Shown here piece by piece: positions 10,513 to 22,300 of a stretch of DNA of 64,000 bases. The stretch lies in NCBI GenBank assembly GCA_030536315.1, contig JAUNQF010000004.1, positions 14,244 through 78,243 on the forward strand, in the 5' to 3' direction. The position numbers and the translations under genes were made by a program. The notes under the pieces were generated by a model that saw only the letters and a list, made by a program, of their open reading frames with translations, had not been told where the DNA came from and did no database searches. Origin of the DNA: Coriobacteriia bacterium (lineage in GTDB: Bacteria; Actinomycetota; Coriobacteriia; Coriobacteriales; Eggerthellaceae). How positions within the stretch are numbered: the stretch's first letter is position 1; every line of letters begins with the position of its first letter.

Positions 10513-12423
10513 TTATTTTAATAAAGAAACCGCAGCATCAAAAATAGACTTATAGTCAATATTGGCTGCGGTTTTTAATTTGTCTACTTCGCCATGAGCA
10601 ATAAACTTATCATCAATTCCAAGAGCTCTAAATTTTAGCCCATCGCAAAGATTCATCCTCGAAAGCTCGGCAAGAACGGCCTCTCCTGCGCCACCACTTA
10701 ATATTCCGTTTTCAACAGTAAGAATTTTGTGAGTGCATAAAGCGGCATCGGCAATTGCTTCGGTATCAAGAGGCTTAACGAAGCGCATGTCCACCACTCT
10801 GCACTTTATTCCTCTGTCTTTAAGCATTTGATATGCTTCAAGAGCATCTAAAACGCTGTCACCAAAAGCCAAAATTGCAATGTCGTTTCCCTTTTTCAAA
10901 GTTCGAGACTTGCCAATCTTAAATTTCGCAATTTCTTTTTTGGTTTGTCCTTGCAAAACTTTTCCAGTGTCGGTGATATCTTTTGCGCTTCCCTTTGGAT
11001 AACGAATCGCAAAAGGACCATCAACCGCCGCGGCAGTTTTTAAGGCGCACTTTAGTTCATGAGCGCACGAAGGAGCAATAACTGTAAAGCCAGGAATCAT
11101 CTTTGTATAAGCCATGTCAAAAATTCCATGATGAGTTGCCCCATCTGCCCCAACAAGTCCAGCTCTGTCAATACAAATTTTTACATTTAATTTTTCTAAG
11201 GCAACATTTGTGACCATCTGGTCCACTGCCCTTTGCAAAAATGCAGAATAAATTGCAACAAAAGGCTTATAGCCCGCCTTCGCAAGTCCAGCAGCAGAGC
11301 CAAGCAAATGCTCTTCGGCAATTCCAACATCTACAAATCTATCAGGATATTTTTCTGCAAATTTCTTTAGGCCGGTGCCTCCAGACATCGCAGCAGTCAT
11401 TGCAACAATCTTTTTATTTCTCGAAGCCATTGACATCAACTGCTCCGAAAAAGCATTCGTAAAAGAATAAGGCTTCTCACTAATTGGGTAACCCGTTTGA
11501 ATATTGTAAGCACCAATTCCGTGGAAGAGCTCAGGGTCCTTCGTCGCAGGCTTATAACCAGCACCTTTTTGAGTAATTGCGTGAACCAAAACTGGCCCGT
11601 CATATTCAAGAGCGTCCTTAATTGTGTTTCGAAGCGCCGTAATATCATGACCATCAACTGTTGGCAAACAAGTAATTCCAAGCTCCTCAAAAATCATAGC
11701 GTTTGGCATAATAAAATGCTTGAGAGATTCCTTCGAAGCATGGCCTCACTTAATAGCAAATTCGCCAACCGAACCAAATCGCATTAGCCCATACTTAACA
11801 GCGTTAAGAGCATCATTGTATTGCGGATGAAGACGAATCGAACGAAGATGTTTTCCAACTCCTCCAACACTTTCAGAAATAGACATTCTGTTGTCGTTTA
11901 AAATAATAACGAGAGGCAACTTTTCATGACCAATATTATTGATGGCCTCAAAAGACATGCCGCCAGCAATGGAAGCATCCCCAATCAGCGTAACAATTTT
12001 TTCATCCCCGCCAGAAAGTTTTTTAGCCTTCGCAAGACCAAGAGCAACCGAAAGACTATCCGCCGCATGCCCCGAAAAATGAACATCGTGCATGCTTTCA
12101 GTTGGGCGAGCAAAACCAGACAAACCCCCAAACTGACGAAGCGTCTTAAACGCATCACGCCTTCCGGTAATCAACTTATGCGCATAAGCCTGATGACCAA
12201 CATCAAAAATAAACTTGTCCTTTGGGCTATTTATCATGCTGTGAACCGCCAAAATAATTTCAACAGCCCCCAGCGAAGACGAAACATGTCCGCCAACTTT
12301 TGATGTTGTGTTAATTATTTCTTCACGAATCTCGCCCGCTAAAATCTCAAGCTCTTCGTCGTTTAAAGTACGAAGATCGCTCGGGCTTTCAATTAGATCA
12401 AGTATTCGAGACTGTTGGCGCAT
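10513..12423 (-). CDS. dxs: 1-deoxy-D-xylulose-5-phosphate synthase
   Basis: ORFs 11746..12423 and 10513..11709 are in frame, joined by TGA at 11746. Typical Dxs N-terminus (LDLIESPSDLRTL, GGHVSSSLGAVE) and ...DGHDI... transketolase-like domains. Confidence 0.9.
10527..10580 (+). terminator. Possible terminator of the 9952 gene, embedded in the convergent dxs 3' end
   Basis: 10-bp stem AAACCGCAGC (10527-10536) / GCTGCGGTTT (10565-10574) followed by a T-run. The loop is unusually long (28 nt). Confidence 0.3.
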
Positions 12424-12426
12424 AAA

Positions 12427-12726
12427 TTATTCTTCTGTCTCTTGATTGTCTTGTGACTCTTCCTCGGTCTCATTGTTCATGTCGACCAACACATTATTCT
12501 CAATAGTTTGCGAAGCCTTCATGCCAAGGTCAACAGCTTCTTCGTAAAGCTTTAAAGACTCATCCATGTCTAAATTTTCAGTCGTGATTGTCTGCTCGAT
12601 TTCCTTCAAGCGACTCTCAATCTTCTCGTAATCTTTAAGCTCTCGAGGAGGCTCCGGAGCTGCCTCTTCGGCACCTTCAACCTCTTCTACTTCTTCAACA
12701 TTTTCATTTTTGATTTCTTCACTCAT
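12427..12726 (-). CDS. xseB: Exodeoxyribonuclease VII small subunit with acidic N- and C-terminal tails
   Basis: Core YEKIESRLKEIEQTITTENLDMDESLKLYEEAVDLGMKASQTIENN. 99 aa. Confidence 0.75.
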   Translation of the reverse strand: MSEEIKNENVEEVEEVEGAEEAAPEPPRELKDYEKIESRLKEIEQTITTENLDMDESLKLYEEAVDLGMKASQTIENNVLVDMNNETEEESQDNQETEE

Positions 12727-12738
12727 AGTAAACCTCAG

Positions 12739-13167
12739 CTATTCTTCTTCAAGTTCCTTGGCAATCTTGCCCAAAACTCCATTTACAAATTTATGCGATT
12801 CATCATCGCCGCCAAACTCCTTCGCGAGCTCAACCGCTTCGTTAATGCTAACAGAAATTGGCACATCTTCGACATACAACATTTCATAAACACTCTGACG
12901 AAGCAAGCATCTATCCGTCGCTGGCATCCTGTCCAACGCTCAGTTCTCAGAAACGCTTACAAGCTTGCCATCAATCTCGCTCATGTTCTTAACCGTGCCT
13001 TCAATCAATCCACGAGCGTAATCGTCAATCTCGCCAATGTGCGGAAGTTGAGCCTTGCCAGCCAAGATGTCCTCAGTTTTAACACCTACAACATCATTAG
13101 CAAACAACACTTGCAAACTTACTTTTCGTGATTTCCGTCTCTGTTTTCCATCAGCCATAACGCGCAT
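12739..13167 (-). CDS. nusB: Transcription antitermination factor NusB
   Basis: ORFs 12940..13167 and 12739..12936 are joined by TGA at 12940, which sits exactly on the conserved Trp of the W-x-L-(D/E)-R motif ([18 protein letters not shown]). Also ...[27 protein letters not shown]. Confidence 0.9.
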
Positions 13168-13212
13168 ATTATACCAAATGCGCGTCAGCGCATTTAATTT
13201 TTATTTTGATTG

Positions 13213-13339
13213 TTGGGAGAGATTTCGGATATACCTTTCTCAACGGCTTCGCGGGCGGCCCATCGTGCGTTCGCCAGCAAGCACCCTGCGCTGCAGGGGT
13301 TTCGAAAGGTTATATCCGAAAGCTCTCACTTATGAGCCG
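13213..13339. repeat. 127-nt palindromic GC-rich element, copy A (MITE-like)
   Basis: Reverse complement of 14697-14823 with 3 mismatches by hand alignment. Internal terminal inverted repeats GAGAGATTTCGGATATACCTTTC / GAAAGGTTATATCCGAAAGCTCTC. Confidence 0.85.
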
Positions 13340-13357
13340 TAATCTTTATAGAGCCAA

Positions 13358-14461
13358 CTATTTGATAAACATGGCGTCGCCGAAGGACAAGAAGCGATAC
13401 TTGCTTTCAACCGCATGCGCGTAAGCGTTCATCACATTATCGTAACCGCCGAAGGCAGTCACCAACATCATTAGAGTTGACTCTGGTACGTGGAAATTTG
13501 TTATTAGCGCATCTACACACTTAAAATTGTATCCAGGAAGAATGAACAAATTAGTTGGTTCCCTGTCAACTGGCTTCAGAGAGCCAGTGCTCTCATCTCA
13601 TGCACTTTCAAGAGTACGCACGCTAGTTGTACCCACTGCGATTACTCGTCCACCCTTAGCTTTTGTTTCGTTAATACGATCAATGGTTTCTTGGGAAATG
13701 CTTCGCATTTCGGTATGCATTTGATGATCCTTCGGATCGTCCTCTGTGACAGGCTTGAAAGTATCGATGCCGACTTCTAGTTCTACGGTAGCTCAACCGA
13801 TGCCTCGCTCGCGTAAGCGAGCAATAAGTTCTTCGGTAAAATGCAAACCAGCCGTTGGCGCTGCCGCCGAAGTTTCGTTTACAGAGTAAACCGTCTGATA
13901 CATTTCCATATTTCCAGTATAACCATGTATGTATGGCGGCAGGGGCGTAGCCCCGACCTTGTGTATAGCTTTACCGATGTCGTAGACATCGCTTGATAGC
14001 TTAACAATTCTAGCTCCTTCGGAGCTACCTCAGTCAATGATTTCTGCAGAAAGAATAACTTCGTTATTATCATCAGAAAAATCAACAATCGGTCCTTTGC
14101 CTCCGCAGGAGGCAGATTTAGTTGTTCCCAGATTTTCGGCCAGAGAAGCTGGCTTTAGGCGACGCCCCGGTTTTACTAAAGCTTCCCACTGGTCGTCTCC
14201 TAAGTTTTTGAGAAGCAGAAGCTCCGCTTCACCACCTGTATCTCGTTTCACGCCAAGGAGTCTTGCAGGCAAGACTCGGGTTTCGTTCGCGACAAGCAAA
14301 TCACCAGGTTTAACGAAGTCAACTATATCATAGAAATGTTTGTCTTGAACTTCTCCGTTAGACTTATCAAGAACAAGCATCTTGCAAGCATCGCGTTTCG
14401 CACAAGGCTCTTGCGCGATAAGCTCTTTAGGAAGTATGTATCCAAAATCACTAGTTTTCAT
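13358..14461 (-). CDS. queA: S-adenosylmethionine:tRNA ribosyltransferase-isomerase
   Basis: A single frame with TGA at 14030, 13793 and 13598. Contains [19 protein letters not shown], ...APTAGLHFT..., ...[14 protein letters not shown]... and a C-terminal [10 protein letters not shown]. Confidence 0.9.
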
Positions 14462-14469
14462 TGTTGTGC

Positions 14470-14498
14470 ATTTTACTACATTATTATGTTAGATACAA
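14470..14498 (-). promoter_or_regulatory. Candidate queA promoter TTGTAT-17-TAAAAT, 8 nt from the ATG (leaderless-type)
   Basis: On the minus strand, TTGTAT (14498-14493), a 17-nt spacer and TAAAAT (14475-14470), then GCACAACA-ATG. There is no SD sequence. Confidence 0.4.
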
Positions 14499-14507
14499 AA
14501 TTTACGG

Positions 14508-14656
14508 TTTGTCTGTGTTTTTCTTTAAATATTCACTTTAAAAATTATTTTTTTGACAAAATATGCATTTAGTCTGTGTTATTTTTCTGCAAAAGTCTAC
14601 AAAATGACAAAAACATGAATTTGTCTGTGTAATTTTTCATGAAGCGCACAGACAAA
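14508..14656. promoter_or_regulatory. Array of four copies of an 11-nt motif TTTGTCTGTGT (three direct, one inverted)
   Basis: Copies at 14508-14518, 14568-14579 (TTTAGTCTGTGT), 14620-14630 and, inverted, 14646-14656. In queA orientation each direct copy sits about 7 nt upstream of a TTGTCA/TTGTAT hexamer. Confidence 0.5.
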
Positions 14657-14696
14657 CTGAAAATTTTGTCAAATTATTGGTGAAGCCTTGAGTTGT

Positions 14697-14823
14697 CGGT
14701 TCATAAGTGAGAGATTTCGGATATAACCTTTCGAAACCCCTGCAGCGCCGGGTGCTTGCTGGCGAACGCACGATGGGCCGCCCGCGAAGCCGTTGAGAAA
14801 GGTATATCCGAAATCTCTCCCAA
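14697..14823. repeat. 127-nt palindromic GC-rich element, copy B (inverted relative to copy A)
   Basis: See copy A. Lies between the rpoC terminator and the queA upstream region. Confidence 0.85.
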
Positions 14824-14827
14824 AAAC

Positions 14828-14860
14828 CTAAAAGAAAGGGCTCCTTGCGGAGCCCTTTTG
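14828..14860 (-). terminator. rpoC rho-independent terminator
   Basis: On the minus strand: TAA-TCAAAAGGGCTCC-GCAA-GGAGCCCTTTCTTTT. Confidence 0.8.
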
Positions 14861-14861
14861 A

Positions 14862-17800
14862 TTACTCTTCGTCATCCTTGAGGATGTCTTCGGCAAGCGA
14901 TTCGTCGGTGATGCTAACTCCGTCACCGAGATCTTTAAGCAAGTCATCCAAGTCATCAGATTTGGATTTCTTCTCACCCTTGACCTTACCTTCGTCATCA
15001 AGCAAGTCAGTATCATCATAGCTTTCGTCAGCGTCTTTAGCAGGTGCAGCACCTTCTTCGGAGACTGAACCATCAGGTGAAAATACCATATCAAGCAAGC
15101 TTGAAACATCATCATCAGTTGCTTCGAGGTCATCTTCAATAACATGAAGCAAGTTACGTTTCTTCAAACCAGCTTTGAGTTCATCCATAGCCTTAACACC
15201 AATACCCTCAATCTTAAGAAGGTCTTTTTCGGTGTGGCCGATGAGGTCAGCAACAGTTTCGATGCTGGCTTCGCTAAACTTGTTAGCCCAACGTTGTGAA
15301 ACCTTAAGGTCATCATATAGGTAGAGTCGAGCTTCCTCGTTAGTTAACTTCGCACGGCTTAGGTACTTCATGCTGTCGTAGTATGAGTTGTCATCAAAGC
15401 CCATGTGCAAGTAACCTTCGGAGTCAATCTTCCAAGATTCGTGCTTTGGAATCATGCCTTCCAAATTCTTGAGCTCTTCAGGAGCGCTCTCTGGAAGTTC
15501 TTCGCCTTCTGCGCCTTCGATCTTTTGACCCTTATACAAAAGGCTCATATCGCGATAGCGCTTAAGACCAGTACCAGCAGGAATGTGCTTACCAATACAT
15601 ACGTTTTCTTTTAGACCTTGAAGCGTATCAACCTTGCCAGCAATTGCAGCGTCGGTTAAAATCTTCGTTGTTTCTTGGAACGAAGCCGCAGATACCCAAG
15701 AATCAGTTGAAAGCGAAGCTTTTGTAAGACCAAGAAGTTTATCATGTCCTTCAGGAGCTTGCTTCTTATCTTTAATGCATTCCTCAACGATTCTTCTAAA
15801 TTTGTATCTGTTAATTTGCTGACCAGGAATTAAGTCAGTATCCCCACTCTTGTCAACGATAACCTTATTTAACATCTGACGAGCAATAACTTCAATGTGC
15901 TTATCGTTAATTTCTACACCTTGAGAAACGTAAACGCGCTGAACTTCGTTAACAATGTAACCCAAAGTTGTTTCGGCATCTGTAAGTTTGAGCAAATCTT
16001 TAGGGTTAATAGAACCACGAGTGATTTGCTGACCAACAGTTACAGTGTCTCCGTTCTTGAGTCCAGGAACCAATTGAGCATGGCCAGAAACTTTGTGGGT
16101 CTTCGCTTTGCTCTTGCCTTGAATTGTAATCTCTTGCTCGTCGCCCGCTTTCTTGACGGAAATCTTACCTTCAATGTCCGCTAGCAACGCAACGCCTCGA
16201 GGATTACGAGCTTCGAGCAGCTCTTGAACACGAGGCAAACCGTGAGTAATATCTTCACCAGCAACACCACCACTATGGAATGTTCTCATAGTAAGCTGTG
16301 TACCAGGCTCACCGATTGATTGAGCAGCAATAACACCAACGGTTGTTCCAACATTTACAGGACGCGAAGTTGCCAAATCCCAACCATAACATTTCTGGCA
16401 AACACCGCGTTCAGCATGACAAGTCATAACAGTGCGAACATTAACCTTCTCAACGCCAGCCTTCGAAAGTTCTTCAACTTCCTTTAAGCTTTCGATGAAT
16501 TCGTCACGCTTCTTAATAACGTTGCCCTTCTTGTCCTTAACGTCTTCGTTGAGACAACGGCCAACCAAAGAAATGTTATAACCCTTGTCTTGACCTTTAT
16601 CATCTTTGCTAATTGTTGGGTAATCAACACCATGGTGGCTACCGCAATCAATTTCGCGAACGATAACATCTTGAGCAACATCAACAAGACGCCTGGTCAA
16701 ATAACCGGAATCAGCAGTACGAAGCGCCGTATCGGCCAAACCTTTACGTGCACCGTGAGTTGAAATAAAGTATTCCAAAACGCTCAAACCTTCGCGGAAG
16801 TTAGCTTTAATTGGACGGTCAATAATCTCACCCTTTGGATCAGACATCAAACCACGCATACCAGCTAACTGACGAATCTGCTTTACGTCACCACGAGCAC
16901 CAGAGAAAGCCATCATGTAAATTGGGTTGAACTTATCGAAGTTATCAACCATGGCATCTCCAACTCGTTCGTTAGCATCATTCCAAATATCAACAGTTTG
17001 ACGATGACGTTCATCATCTTGCATCAAACCCATTTCATAATTGCTCTCAATTTCAGCAACTTTGGCATCAGCTTCCTTTAGAATTGCTTCCTTCTCTGGA
17101 GGAACAGTTGCATCAAAAACAGAAACTGTAAGACCAGCAAGAGTTGCATAGTGAAAGCCCTTCGCTTTTAAGCCGTCCAGGATGTCTGGAACTTCGCTCA
17201 TTGGGTAACGCTCAACAATATCTGTAACAAGATTTTTAATCTTGCCTTTGTTAAGTTCGTAATTTAAGTATTCATGCTCGTTTGGCAAAATACTATTAAA
17301 TATGATACGGCCAACCGAAGTTTGAATGTGTTCGCCTGGCTTCTTCTTTGTAGTAGTGAACTTGCCAGTTCCGTTACCCTTTTCATCCAAAACTTCCTCA
17401 ACAATTACACTATCACGTTTAATACGAACATCAATTGGTGCTTGAAGATCAATTCCAGCGCGAGCTTCGTAAGTATCAACCGCATCAGCGAAGTGCATAA
17501 ACTTGCGTCCCGCACCTGGGAAACCATCGCGAACAGCAGTTAAATAGTAAAGACCGATAACCATATCCTGAGTTGGAACAGTTAGCGGATTACCGTGAGC
17601 AGGAGCCTTGATATTATTTGTGGACAACATCAAAACACGAGCCTCAGCCTGTGCCTTCGCACCTAATGGAACATGAACAGCCATCTGGTCACCATCGAAG
17701 TCAGCGTTAAACGCAGTACATACAAGTGGATGCAAACGAATTGCCTTACCTTCGACAAGAACTGGCTCAAACGCTTGAATACCTAAACGGTGAAGCGTAG

Positions 17801-19319
17801 GAGCACGGTTTAGCAAAACTGGATGTTCTGCAACAACCTCTTCCAAAACATCGAAGACGTAGTCAGGACCAGTTTCAACCGCACGCTTTGCAACTTTAAT
17901 ATTTGCAACGTAGTCAAGCTCAACCAAGCGGCGCATTACAAATGGCTTGAAAAGCTCAAGCGCCATCTCGGTTGGAAGACCACATTGATGAAGTTTCAAA
18001 GTTGGTCCAACAACAATTACGCTACGACCAGAATAATCAACACGCTTACCAAGTAAGTTTTGACGGAAACGACCTTGCTTACCTTTAAGCATGTCAGAAA
18101 GCGATTTCAAAGGACGGTTGCCAGGACCTGTAATGAAACGTCCTCGGCGACCATTGTCAAACAAACTATCAACAGCCTCTTGAAGCATACGCTTTTCGTT
18201 GTTAACAATAATCTCAGGAGCACCAAGTTCTTGCAAACGACGAAGACGGTTGTTCCTGTTAATTACACGACGATACAAATCGTTTAGATCCGAAGTAGCA
18301 AAACGGCCACCATCCAACTGAACCATTGGACGCAAATCCGGTGGAATAACCGGGATACATTCCAAAATCATATCAGATGGTTTGTTAGTCTTGCTTTCAA
18401 TGAAAGCATTAACAATGCGAATTCGCTTGATAGCTTTCTCGCGCTTTGGACCTTTACCAGTTTTGATAATTTCGTCCAATTCATCGTGAAGCTCTTGCAA
18501 ATTAACCTGCTCAAGCAAGTCTTTAACAACTTCAGCACCCATGCCTCCGCGGAAGTAATCACGATAGTTTGCGCGCATTTCACGGTAAACATTCTCGTCT
18601 TCGATTAATTCCTTAGGCTTAATTTTCATAAATTCTTTATAAGCATCTTTGCGAAGTTGTTTAGCTTCAGCGAACTCTTCTTTGGTATCGATAATTTCCT
18701 GCTCAATTTCTTCAGCAGTCAAGCGCTCTTCTTCGAAAGCCTCATCAACAATTTCATCTTCTTCAGGAACATAGTCAACAGAAAGCTTTTTAGTATCTTC
18801 GATAATCTTTTCGCATTCTGCATCAAGTTCTTCCAAGTCCTCTTTGAGTTCTTCTTCGAGCTCTTCTTTGTCCTCTTCGCGAGCCTCTGTATCAACCCAT
18901 GTAATCATGTAACTGGCGAAGTACAAAACCTTCTCCAGATCCTTAGTTGTAATGTCAAGGAAGTAACCCAAGCGTGAAGGAACGCCCTTAAAATACCAAA
19001 TATGGCTTACTGGAGCAGCAAGTTCAATATGGCCCATGCGTTCACGGCGAACCTTAGAACGAGTAACCTCAACACCGCATCGCTCACAAATAATGCCCTT
19101 AAAACGAACGCGTCGATACTTACCGCAAGCACATTCCCAGTCCTTAGTAGGACCAAAAATTTTCTCGCAGAAAAGTCCGTCTTTTTCAGGCTTCAGAGTT
19201 CTGTAGTTGATTGTTTCTGGTTTCTTAACTTCGCCAGAAGTCCAACTACGAATATCATCGGCGCTAGCAAGGGAGATTTTTAATTCGTCAAAATTATTTA
19301 CATCGTATTCTGTAGCCAT
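14862..19319 (-). CDS. rpoC: RNA polymerase beta' subunit with a ~234-aa C-terminal extension (alpha-CTD-like HhH domain plus acidic tail)
   Basis: Uninterrupted 1485-aa ORF. Contains [28 protein letters not shown] and [12 protein letters not shown]. All Trp codons are TGG. Confidence 0.97.
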   Translation of the reverse strand: MATEYDVNNFDELKISLASADDIRSWTSGEVKKPETINYRTLKPEKDGLFCEKIFGPTKDWECACGKYRRVRFKGIICERCGVEVTRSKVRRERMGHIELAAPVSHIWYFKGVPSRLGYFLDITTKDLEKVLYFASYMITWVDTEAREEDKEELEEELKEDLEELDAECEKIIEDTKKLSVDYVPEEDEIVDEAFEEERLTAEEIEQEIIDTKEEFAEAKQLRKDAYKEFMKIKPKELIEDENVYREMRANYRDYFRGGMGAEVVKDLLEQVNLQELHDELDEIIKTGKGPKREKAIKRIRIVNAFIESKTNKPSDMILECIPVIPPDLRPMVQLDGGRFATSDLNDLYRRVINRNNRLRRLQELGAPEIIVNNEKRMLQEAVDSLFDNGRRGRFITGPGNRPLKSLSDMLKGKQGRFRQNLLGKRVDYSGRSVIVVGPTLKLHQCGLPTEMALELFKPFVMRRLVELDYVANIKVAKRAVETGPDYVFDVLEEVVAEHPVLLNRAPTLHRLGIQAFEPVLVEGKAIRLHPLVCTAFNADFDGDQMAVHVPLGAKAQAEARVLMLSTNNIKAPAHGNPLTVPTQDMVIGLYYLTAVRDGFPGAGRKFMHFADAVDTYEARAGIDLQAPIDVRIKRDSVIVEEVLDEKGNGTGKFTTTKKKPGEHIQTSVGRIIFNSILPNEHEYLNYELNKGKIKNLVTDIVERYPMSEVPDILDGLKAKGFHYATLAGLTVSVFDATVPPEKEAILKEADAKVAEIESNYEMGLMQDDERHRQTVDIWNDANERVGDAMVDNFDKFNPIYMMAFSGARGDVKQIRQLAGMRGLMSDPKGEIIDRPIKANFREGLSVLEYFISTHGARKGLADTALRTADSGYLTRRLVDVAQDVIVREIDCGSHHGVDYPTISKDDKGQDKGYNISLVGRCLNEDVKDKKGNVIKKRDEFIESLKEVEELSKAGVEKVNVRTVMTCHAERGVCQKCYGWDLATSRPVNVGTTVGVIAAQSIGEPGTQLTMRTFHSGGVAGEDITHGLPRVQELLEARNPRGVALLADIEGKISVKKAGDEQEITIQGKSKAKTHKVSGHAQLVPGLKNGDTVTVGQQITRGSINPKDLLKLTDAETTLGYIVNEVQRVYVSQGVEINDKHIEVIARQMLNKVIVDKSGDTDLIPGQQINRYKFRRIVEECIKDKKQAPEGHDKLLGLTKASLSTDSWVSAASFQETTKILTDAAIAGKVDTLQGLKENVCIGKHIPAGTGLKRYRDMSLLYKGQKIEGAEGEELPESAPEELKNLEGMIPKHESWKIDSEGYLHMGFDDNSYYDSMKYLSRAKLTNEEARLYLYDDLKVSQRWANKFSEASIETVADLIGHTEKDLLKIEGIGVKAMDELKAGLKKRNLLHVIEDDLEATDDDVSSLLDMVFSPDGSVSEEGAAPAKDADESYDDTDLLDDEGKVKGEKKSKSDDLDDLLKDLGDGVSITDESLAEDILKDDEE

Positions 19320-22300
19320 TATTTATCTCCTTTCTCTTCGCCTTTATCATCTGAGGTGTCTAAATCCTCCAAGTCAAGCGAGGCCTCAATGTCTTCGAGC
19401 TCTTTGCTCAAATCAATGTCTTCTTCTTGAGCATCCTTCTCAAGACCTTCCAGAATTGCTTCTTCGGCGGACTTGTCTTCCTTGGCTTCGTCTTTTGCTT
19501 CGCCACGAAGCTCAACATTAAGCGCCAAGGACTTCATTTCCTTAATCAAAACCTTGAACGATTCAGGAACTTCTGCCTTTGGAAGCTCTTCGCCTTTAAC
19601 AATAGCCTCGTAACTTTTTACACGACCAGATGTATCATCAGACTTGATGGTCAAAATTTCTTGCAAAACATTCGATGCACCATAAGCATATAGCGCCCAA
19701 ACTTCCATCTCTCCGAAGCGCTGGCCACCAAACTGTGCCTTACCGCCAAGAGGTTGCTGAGTGATCAAACTGTAAGGTCCAATCGAACGAGCATGAATCT
19801 TATCGTCGACCATGTGGCCCAACTTCAAAATATAAGCTTGTCCTACAGTAATTGGTTCGCGGAACTTCTCGCCCGTGCGACCATCATAAAGCCAAACCTT
19901 ACCAGTTTCACTTAGCTGTGGAACCATGCTTTCATCTGCATGTTTGCCATATTTCTTGTTATGAATCTTTACCAAGTTTTTGTTAGCTGCTTGAATAGCG
20001 AACTGAATTTCATCTTCGTTAGCACCATCAAAAACAGGAGTTGAAACATGAATTGGTCCTTCAGCAATCTTGCTATCATCTGGATTTTCGCTCCATCCTC
20101 ATTTAGCAGCCCAACCTAAGTGATTCTCAAGAAGCTGACCAACATTCATACGAGAAGGAACACCAAGTGGATTCAAAATTACATCAACTGGAGTTCCGTC
20201 AGCGAGGTATGGCATGTCTTCGACCGGCAAAACATTTGAGATAACACCCTTGTTACCATGACGACCAGAAAGCTTATCACCTTGTTGGATTTTGCGCTTT
20301 TGAGCAACGAAGACCTTTACCAACTGGTTTACTCCAGGTGGCAAATTGTCAGATTCTACCCAACCATCAGGGATATCTTTCTTATCTTTCTTGTCCTTCT
20401 TGCGAACGAACTTCAATGTTTCAATAACATATCCGCCGCCACCGTGTGGAACCTTAAGCGATGTGTCGCGAACTTCGCGAGCCTTTTCACCAAAGATAGC
20501 ACGAAGCAAACGTTCCTCGGCTGTAAGTTCTGTCTCACCTTTAGGTGTTACTTTACCAACCAAGATATCTCCCGGCTTAACTTCGGCGCCAATGCGAATA
20601 ACGCCATCTTCGTCGAGGTTTGTAATCATATAGTCAGAAACATTTGGAAGCTCACAAGTGATTTCTTCAGGAGCAAGCTTTGTAACACGAGCATCAATTT
20701 CATATTCGTTAATGTGAACAGAGGTTAGTAAGTCTTCGCTAACAACACGCTCACTTACGATGATAGCATCCTCGTAGTTATAACCTTCCCAAGGCATGTA
20801 AGCAACCATGAGGTTTTGACCAAGAGCAAGCTCGCCACCTTCGCAAGATGGACCGTCGGCCAAAACGTCTCCGACCTTAACCTTGTCGCCCTTCTTAACA
20901 ATTGGACGATGGTTAATGCATGTAGATTGATTCGAACGCTTAAACTTAGGAACCATGATGTCTTTGAAATCGCCATCATCAGTTTGAATAATGATTGCAT
21001 CGCCATCAACGTAATCTACAACACCAGAAACGTCCGAAGTCAAGATTTCGCCTGAATCAACAACAAGTCTGTGCTCAATACCAGTACCAACAAGTGGTGC
21101 GTGTGGCTTCATCAAAGGAACAGCTTGTCGCTGCATGTTAGAACCCATGAGAGCACGGTTAGCATCGTCGTGTTCCAAGAATGGAATTAGCGACGTTGCA
21201 ATTGATACCATCTGACGAGGCGAAACGTCCATGTAGTCGACATTTTTTGATTCGACTTCGCCAGGCTCACCGAACTCGCCATTAGCTGCGCGAGTACGAC
21301 ACAGAACACGGCGTGCCTTAACAAACTTGCCTTTATCGTTGAAATAACCAAACTCACCAGTCTTCTCATCAAATGGATCATTTGCCTGAGCAATGGTGAA
21401 GTTTTCTTCTTCGTCAGCTTGAAGATAGTGAACTTCGCTTGTAACTTTACCGTCAACAACCTTTCTATAAGGTGTTTCGATAAATCCATAGTGGTTTACG
21501 CGAGCATAAGCAGCCAGCGAACCAATAAGACCAATGTTTGGACCTTCAGGTGTCTCAATAGGACACATACGTCCATAGTGAGATGTGTGAACGTCTCGAA
21601 CTTCCATGCCTGCACGCTCACGGCTAAGACCACCAGGTCCCAAAGCACTCAAACGGCGCTTGTGAGTAATGCCAGATGCAGGGTTTGTTTGGTCCATAAA
21701 TTGTGAAAGCTGCGAAGATCCGAAGAACTCCTTAATTGCAGCTTCAATTGGACGAATGTTAATAAGTTTTTGAGGGATGATCTCATTTGGATCATTGATG
21801 TTCCCCATCCTGTCACGGATAATGCGCTGAGTACGTGCAAAACCCATACGGAATTGATTTTGAATTAGCTCTCCAACTGTGCGAATACGGCGATTTCCGA
21901 AGTGATCGATATCATCGGTTGCATATCCCTCTTCGCCAAGAGCAAGGTTGATAATGTATTTCATCGATTCGACGATGTCATTTTTTGTAAGAACTGGTGA
22001 CTTTTCTTCGTCAGAAAAACCAAGTTTCTTATTAATTTTATAGCGTCCAACCTCTGCCAAATTGTAACTTGGCATTGTGAAGAAGAGGCGGTCCAGCAAG
22101 CTTTTAGCACTTTCTGCTGTAGGAGGCTCGCCTGGACGATAACGCTTGAAAGTTTCCTTTAAGGCGTCTTCCTGGGTTTTTGTAGGATCTGCCTTTAAAG
22201 TATTTTGAACGAATTTGTTATTACCCAACAATTTGATAATTTCATCGTCTGTTGTTGCAATGCCAAGAGCACGCAAGAACATCGTAGCAGGTTGCTTACG

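Noticed and set aside
12427-13167. Absence of xseA between nusB and xseB as a sign of gene loss.
   Set aside because: This cannot be judged from one window, because xseA may be encoded elsewhere.
13213-14823. The inverted 127-nt pair as a classical promoter inverton.
   Set aside because: The repeats are much longer than typical inverton inverted repeats and enclose a whole gene. No recombinase is adjacent. It is kept only as one possibility under the repeat finding.
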